From Phoronis australis (taxonomy: Eukaryota; Animalia; Phoronida): a stretch of DNA of 64,000 nucleotides. The notes beneath the pieces are model-generated. The model worked only from the letters and a program-made list of their open reading frames with translations, did no database searches and was not told the origin of the DNA. The translations under genes and the position numbers were made by a program. The DNA lies in assembly GCA_002633005.1 (NCBI GenBank), contig NMRA01000110.1, positions 209,850-273,849 of the forward strand, written 5' to 3'. Of the stretch, positions 58,921-64,000 are shown piece after piece; the stretch's first letter is position 1; each line of letters begins with the position of its first letter.

Positions 58921-61687
58921 AATTTTTCCTGAAAGCAGGTGAACATCATTCATTCAATATCAGTCTGCTTACGTCTTGATGTCACTTTTTGTTGCTAATT
59001 AATCATGCTATCAACCTCTAATTGTCTTGCAAGCTGTAGTTGGTGCCTGGATTATGGATTGTTTATTGTTTATTATTACAACTTCACTGTCTGTTTTGGA
59101 TTTGGTTATTTTAGATACTATACAGGATACTGTAATCCTAATGCTGCTTTTACACAAAAGAAAGTTGTCAGGGTGTCAATTGTCTTGGGGTAACTTGCTC
59201 CACTTAAGTCGCATATACATGACATTAGATCCCCAACTGGACCAGCATGAGTCACTTTAACGAAGACTGGCTGCGCATGCTCGCATGAACAATAGCAAAT
59301 GTCCAAACCACATGGAATGCCAGTTGATCACCCCAATATTCGCAATGTTCGCAAGCGCATTGAAAATGATCGCTTTCCTCCCTGCCACAGTAATGTGTTT
59401 AGACATGTAGTTGAAACTGATCCAGTACAACTCTACGTATCACACTATCACACCGGTGTAAAAAATTGGCTGACGTGGTGTCAAGTGCTCCGTTGGTGAT
59501 GTTTATATACACATTTTTGCTCGATCAGCTGTTGCATGTTAGCTGCGCCATGTCTGCTGTTTCTTGTGTAAATGTGACTTAAATATCTCGGCTTTAAAAT
59601 CTCCACTCCTCGGCAAGATTTCAACAGTATTGGCCAAGCTATGATCATGGTCAGCCGCTTGCCAAGTTTCCCATGGTGAATTCTGGATGGAACTATACTG
59701 AGTGTAAAGTGATTGTAAAACAAACTGCCCTAAGCCAATTCACCATTTTGGCAAAGAATTTGCAACTGATTAATTTTTTATTTCAGATATGTATTGGCGC
59801 ATTAACTCGCCAGTCATAGTCTCAACTTGTTCTTTAGTTTAGGGTCGAGTTCAAAATTAGTGAATCTGGGAAGAACAGGCCTGTTCATGCAACTGATCTT
59901 TTTTACAGAAATTTTTTTGCTATATTTTGCAGACTAGGGATTGTGAAAAAAATTATTGTGCGAATACTAAAATACTGCAATCTCACTTTCTCCAAATTTT
60001 GCGGAATTTATTGCAGAAATCGCTCTAGACATTACGGCAGTTGTTTACACAAGCTTGATGATTAGTTACTGGTCGTAATACTCAACATTAATCGGATGAT
60101 TGGCTGCACTTTTATCGCGCTGTGTATGGTACAAGAATTCCCAGCTTTATTTACCCACATTACCCCATCATGACCCCTTGCCTTATCATTATATATCCTA
60201 ATCCCGTGGAAATAATTATTGGTGAACTGCTTTTTAACAAAGATTTATATGCTCACTTAGCTTGGACAGGTCTTTATGAATAGTGTTGACATGCTGCTTG
60301 GCTGGGGCATACTTTGCTGTGGCCAGAATTCATTTGATGTACTAAGAGACCATCAGGTGTAAAGCACCTGGCCTTGACTAGTCTTGGTGTAACAGGGTCT
60401 TTAAAAACACTATTCCCATGTCATGTAGAGTGTACCTGGACTCTTGCATTCAATGGTCAAGCACTGTCCCGCAATGGTCAAGCACTGTCCCGAAAAGGTC
60501 AACCCTGACTTATATCGTTCATTAAATGTATCACCTTTGTATTTCCTTCTAATGGAAGTATGACCCAACTTTTGCTAGTCCAACAGTGAACTGTGATGTA
60601 CTTGGTAATTACCTGAGCCTCTGGCTCATTTCACTACTTGAGCTCATAATACTTGTTAGTAACCTTAAACAAATAAACTTAACCCCAGGCATTATAAACA
60701 GACTTGTGTTTTCTGACATGCAACAAGACAAAACTCATTGCACAGTTAGCTTGACTTGGTTGAAAAAGGAAATTTTATTAGTCTGACTTATGTAACTTGT
60801 CTGTATTTGTCGGGAATGAAGGTTCATAGGTGGTGCCATTACATAGTATGGAACTAAAGATTGTTAACTATCAGGGGTCTGGTTATATTTGAGAACCTAG
60901 CTTTTCGGTCCTGTCTTGGGGGCCCTTCATCGGCAGCGATTTCCATGTCAGGTGGCCACGTGACACAAAAATCCCCTTCAGAACATCAGCGTTAGCGGTA
61001 ACAATACATATTTTATCTGTTTTCATGTGTGGGATGTTCATGATAGTTAGAAATTGACTTTGTCCCATTTTCAGGCTTGATTTTATCTTTGTCCCATATG
61101 CCCAATATGATCACCTGTATGTATGTTAGTGTTGCAAGTGTAATAAAAGATAATCCACTCTGCCTCGCACTACTTTGTGTTAAGACTTGTAGTGGACACT
61201 GGAGCAACTGATTGAGTGAAAGTTCATGCTGTACCTCTCAAACCGTTGCCAAATAAATGGACGCTGCCGTGGTGTCAGCTTGCATTATATCAGTCATGTT
61301 AACTCAGGTACTTGCACCCAATCAGCTGTTCCCTGTTAGCTGCTCCCTGTCAAGTGCATCTTGTGTTAAAGTGCAGCTTGAGTTACTGGTTGGGATATGT
61401 CATGTGTGCTAATGAAGCACTTTGTACACTCTGTGAGTCTCAGGCTGAGACATGGTCTGCACTTGGTATACATACACCAGCTTAGCTGCACCTCATTCTT
61501 CATAAATAGATTTAATTTTATACAATGCATGATGTCATGTGTTTCTGTGGTGGAGCAGCAATGACTTCTTGTAATAAGACACTGAATTTTAATACTGTAA
61601 TTAGTGATTTTTAATAGTTTGGCTTCCGAAATTGAATTGAAAAACCTTTAAGATGCTGTGTTTCACATTGACGTTTTGATATTATTG

Positions 61688-61759
61688 ATCATCACCACCA
61701 CCACCATCATCACCACCACCACCACCACCTCCACCACCATCATCATCATCATCATCATC
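61688..61759. repeat. (CAC)n/(CAT)n microsatellite
   Basis: Direct inspection. Confidence 0.95.
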
Positions 61760-62591
61760 TAGCACTGCTATTTATCTTTTTACTGACCATCAGGCCAAGA
61801 ACATGTATCAAATTAAAATCCTAATTCTTAAATGCTAGGCTGGAATAATGCTTTCGTGAACAAATAGATAGTGAATTTTAGTAAAAAATGATGTAATAAA
61901 ATGTGGATTGCTGATCAGTGCTTTAATCAAGGTGCCTGTGTTCAAAATGGTAAATAATTGGCTTGGTATCATGATAGGGGACAATAGACTGCATGACTGC
62001 TTAACTATGGCTGAGATTGATGTCTAGAGTTGGAGACCTCTGTTGTGTGGAGTTGAAACTAAACAAGAGATATATGGTGAGAGAATGGTGATCCTCCATT
62101 CTGGCTCTGCTTATACTAAAGTTTCAGTCTTCCCTTACTTCATTCATGTCTCCTGAAACTGATTTCTCTTTAGGGTAATCGATTCTGACTAGGCTAACAT
62201 ACCTCCAGCATGGTAATAGTTAATTAACTCAATCAGTACAGAGGTATGATGTTACAACCTGAAGTTATGTGATACATGCTGTTCATTGGTCATTGATAGT
62301 AGTGACCTCTGGTATTTATTGTTCTACACTACTTACATTTCTATCCAACCGTGATTTATGTTTGGCACTGATAGTTTTTGCAGTCATGTCTTCATTAAGA
62401 TTTGACTTCAAAGTGTTGATGTGCTATGAGTCAAAGCAGTCATAAGTTAAACTGAGAGGCAGCACTGGAATAAGTTAAACTGTGAGGCAGTGCTGGGATA
62501 AGTTAAACTACTAAGTGCATGGTTCGTCAATGTTACTTTGGTGTCAAAAATGTTGAAACTTACTTTTGATAAATTTCTATTTGCATTTTAG

Positions 62592-62701
62592 TTATTATTC
62601 AGCCCAAATTAAAGAACATTTATCAAATTTCCAAAATGCTTACGAATTTGCGCCCAACCTCCTTGTTCATCGGATCTATCCTGATAATGTGTCAGCCACT
62701 A
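62592..62701 (+). CDS. Candidate internal exon of the type II membrane protein gene (frame unresolved)
   Basis: tttgcattttag acceptor, gtgagt donor at 62702; two frames open (YYSAQIKEHLSNFQNAYEFAPNLLVHRIYPDNVSAT or IIQPKLKN...). Confidence 0.3.
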
Positions 62702-62775
62702 GTGAGTGACTGATTGGAACACTGTGATCTTCAGTTGTTCAAAATATTCCTTTGAACACCATCATTCCTTTATCT

Positions 62776-63829
62776 TTGCAATAACAGTGCTGTATCATTC
62801 ACTCTCTTGCAATAACAGTGCTGTATCATTCACTCTCTTGCAATAACAGTGCTGTATCATTCACTCTCTTGCAATAACAGTGCTGTATCATTCACTCTCT
62901 TGCAATAACAGTGCTGTATCATTCACTCTCTTGCAATAACAGTGCTGTATCATTCACTCTCTTGCAATAACAGTGCTGTATCATTCACTCTCTTGCAATA
63001 ACAGTGCTGTATCATTCACTCTCTTGCAATAACAGTGCTGTATCATTCACTCTCTTGCAATAACAGTGCTGTATCATTCACTCTCTTGCAATAACAGTGC
63101 TGTATCATTCACTCTCTTGCAATAACAGTGCTGTATCATTCACTCTCTTGCAATAACAGTGCTGTATCATTCACTCTCTTGCAATAACAGTGCTGTATCA
63201 TTCACTCTCTTGCAATAACAGTGCTGTATCATTCACTCTCTTGCAATAACAGTGCTGTATCATTCACTCTCTTGCAATAACAGTGCTGTATCATTCACTC
63301 TCTTGCAATAACAGTGCTGTATCATTCACTCTCTTGCAATAACAGTGCTGTATCATTCACTCTCTTGCAATAACAGTGCTGTATCATTCACTCTCTTGCA
63401 ATAACAGTGCTGTATCATTCACTCTCTTGCAATAACAGTGCTGTATCATTCACTCTCTTGCAATAACAGTGCTGTATCATTCACTCTCTTGCAATAACAG
63501 TGCTGTATCATTCACTCTCTTGCAATAACAGTGCTGTATCATTCACTCTCTTGCAATAACAGTGCTGTATCATTCACTCTCTTGCAATAACAGTGCTGTA
63601 TCATTCACTCTCTTGCAATAACAGTGCTGTATCATTCACTCTCTTGCAATAACAGTGCTGTATCATTCACTCTCTTGCAATAACAGTGCTGTATCATTCA
63701 CTCTCTTGCAATAACAGTGCTGTATCATTCACTCTCTTGCAATAACAGTGCTGTATCATTCACTCTCTTGCAATAACAGTGCTGTATCATTCACTCTCTT
63801 GCAATAACAGTGCTGTATCATTCACTCTT
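62776..63829 (+). repeat. 31-bp minisatellite, ~34 identical copies (ttgcaataacagtgctgtatcattcactctc)
   Basis: Period 31, essentially invariant. Confidence 0.99.
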
Positions 63830-64000
63830 TCATCTGATGTGTTCCCACTCACGCCGCTTGATATGACTAACATGTCCACAAGCAAGGTACAATCACCATA
63901 ACATGGACAAATGGGACAGAAAGTCATTTCCAGTATTACTGCATTGCAATTTTAGGACAGTCTTTCACTTATCAATGTCATACCTTCACCAGTCTTCCAA

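Noticed and set aside
59299-59499. 66-aa ORF as an exon of the membrane-protein gene
   Set aside because: No convincing flanking splice signals or recognisable homology.

Overview
Eukaryotic (invertebrate-like, repeat-rich, intron-rich) genomic DNA; no prokaryotic operons or CRISPR. Main content: (1) 14 spliced + strand coding exons (711-25649, 2208 nt, phase-consistent, 735 aa + stop) of a TBK1/IKK-epsilon family kinase whose N-terminal exons lie upstream of the window; (2) a middle region with two copies of a ~1 kb interspersed element, a ~3 kb near-identical duplication across a 551-N gap, and a minus-strand orphan ORF pair with an 11-aa repeat and a basic WWRRLLCC tail; (3) the 5' part of an unidentified type II membrane protein gene (first coding exon 54686-55045). 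Introns carry a Helentron-type element, several TIR/TSD-defined MITEs, a 5'-truncated LINE with a 13-bp TSD and many minisatellites. The most notable patterns are tandem duplications that repeatedly copy the kinase's own splice sites, and a ~150-bp-spaced array of CTCF-like motifs inside an intronic element. No clearly new biological system is demonstrated; the findings are hypotheses read by eye, with no database searches.
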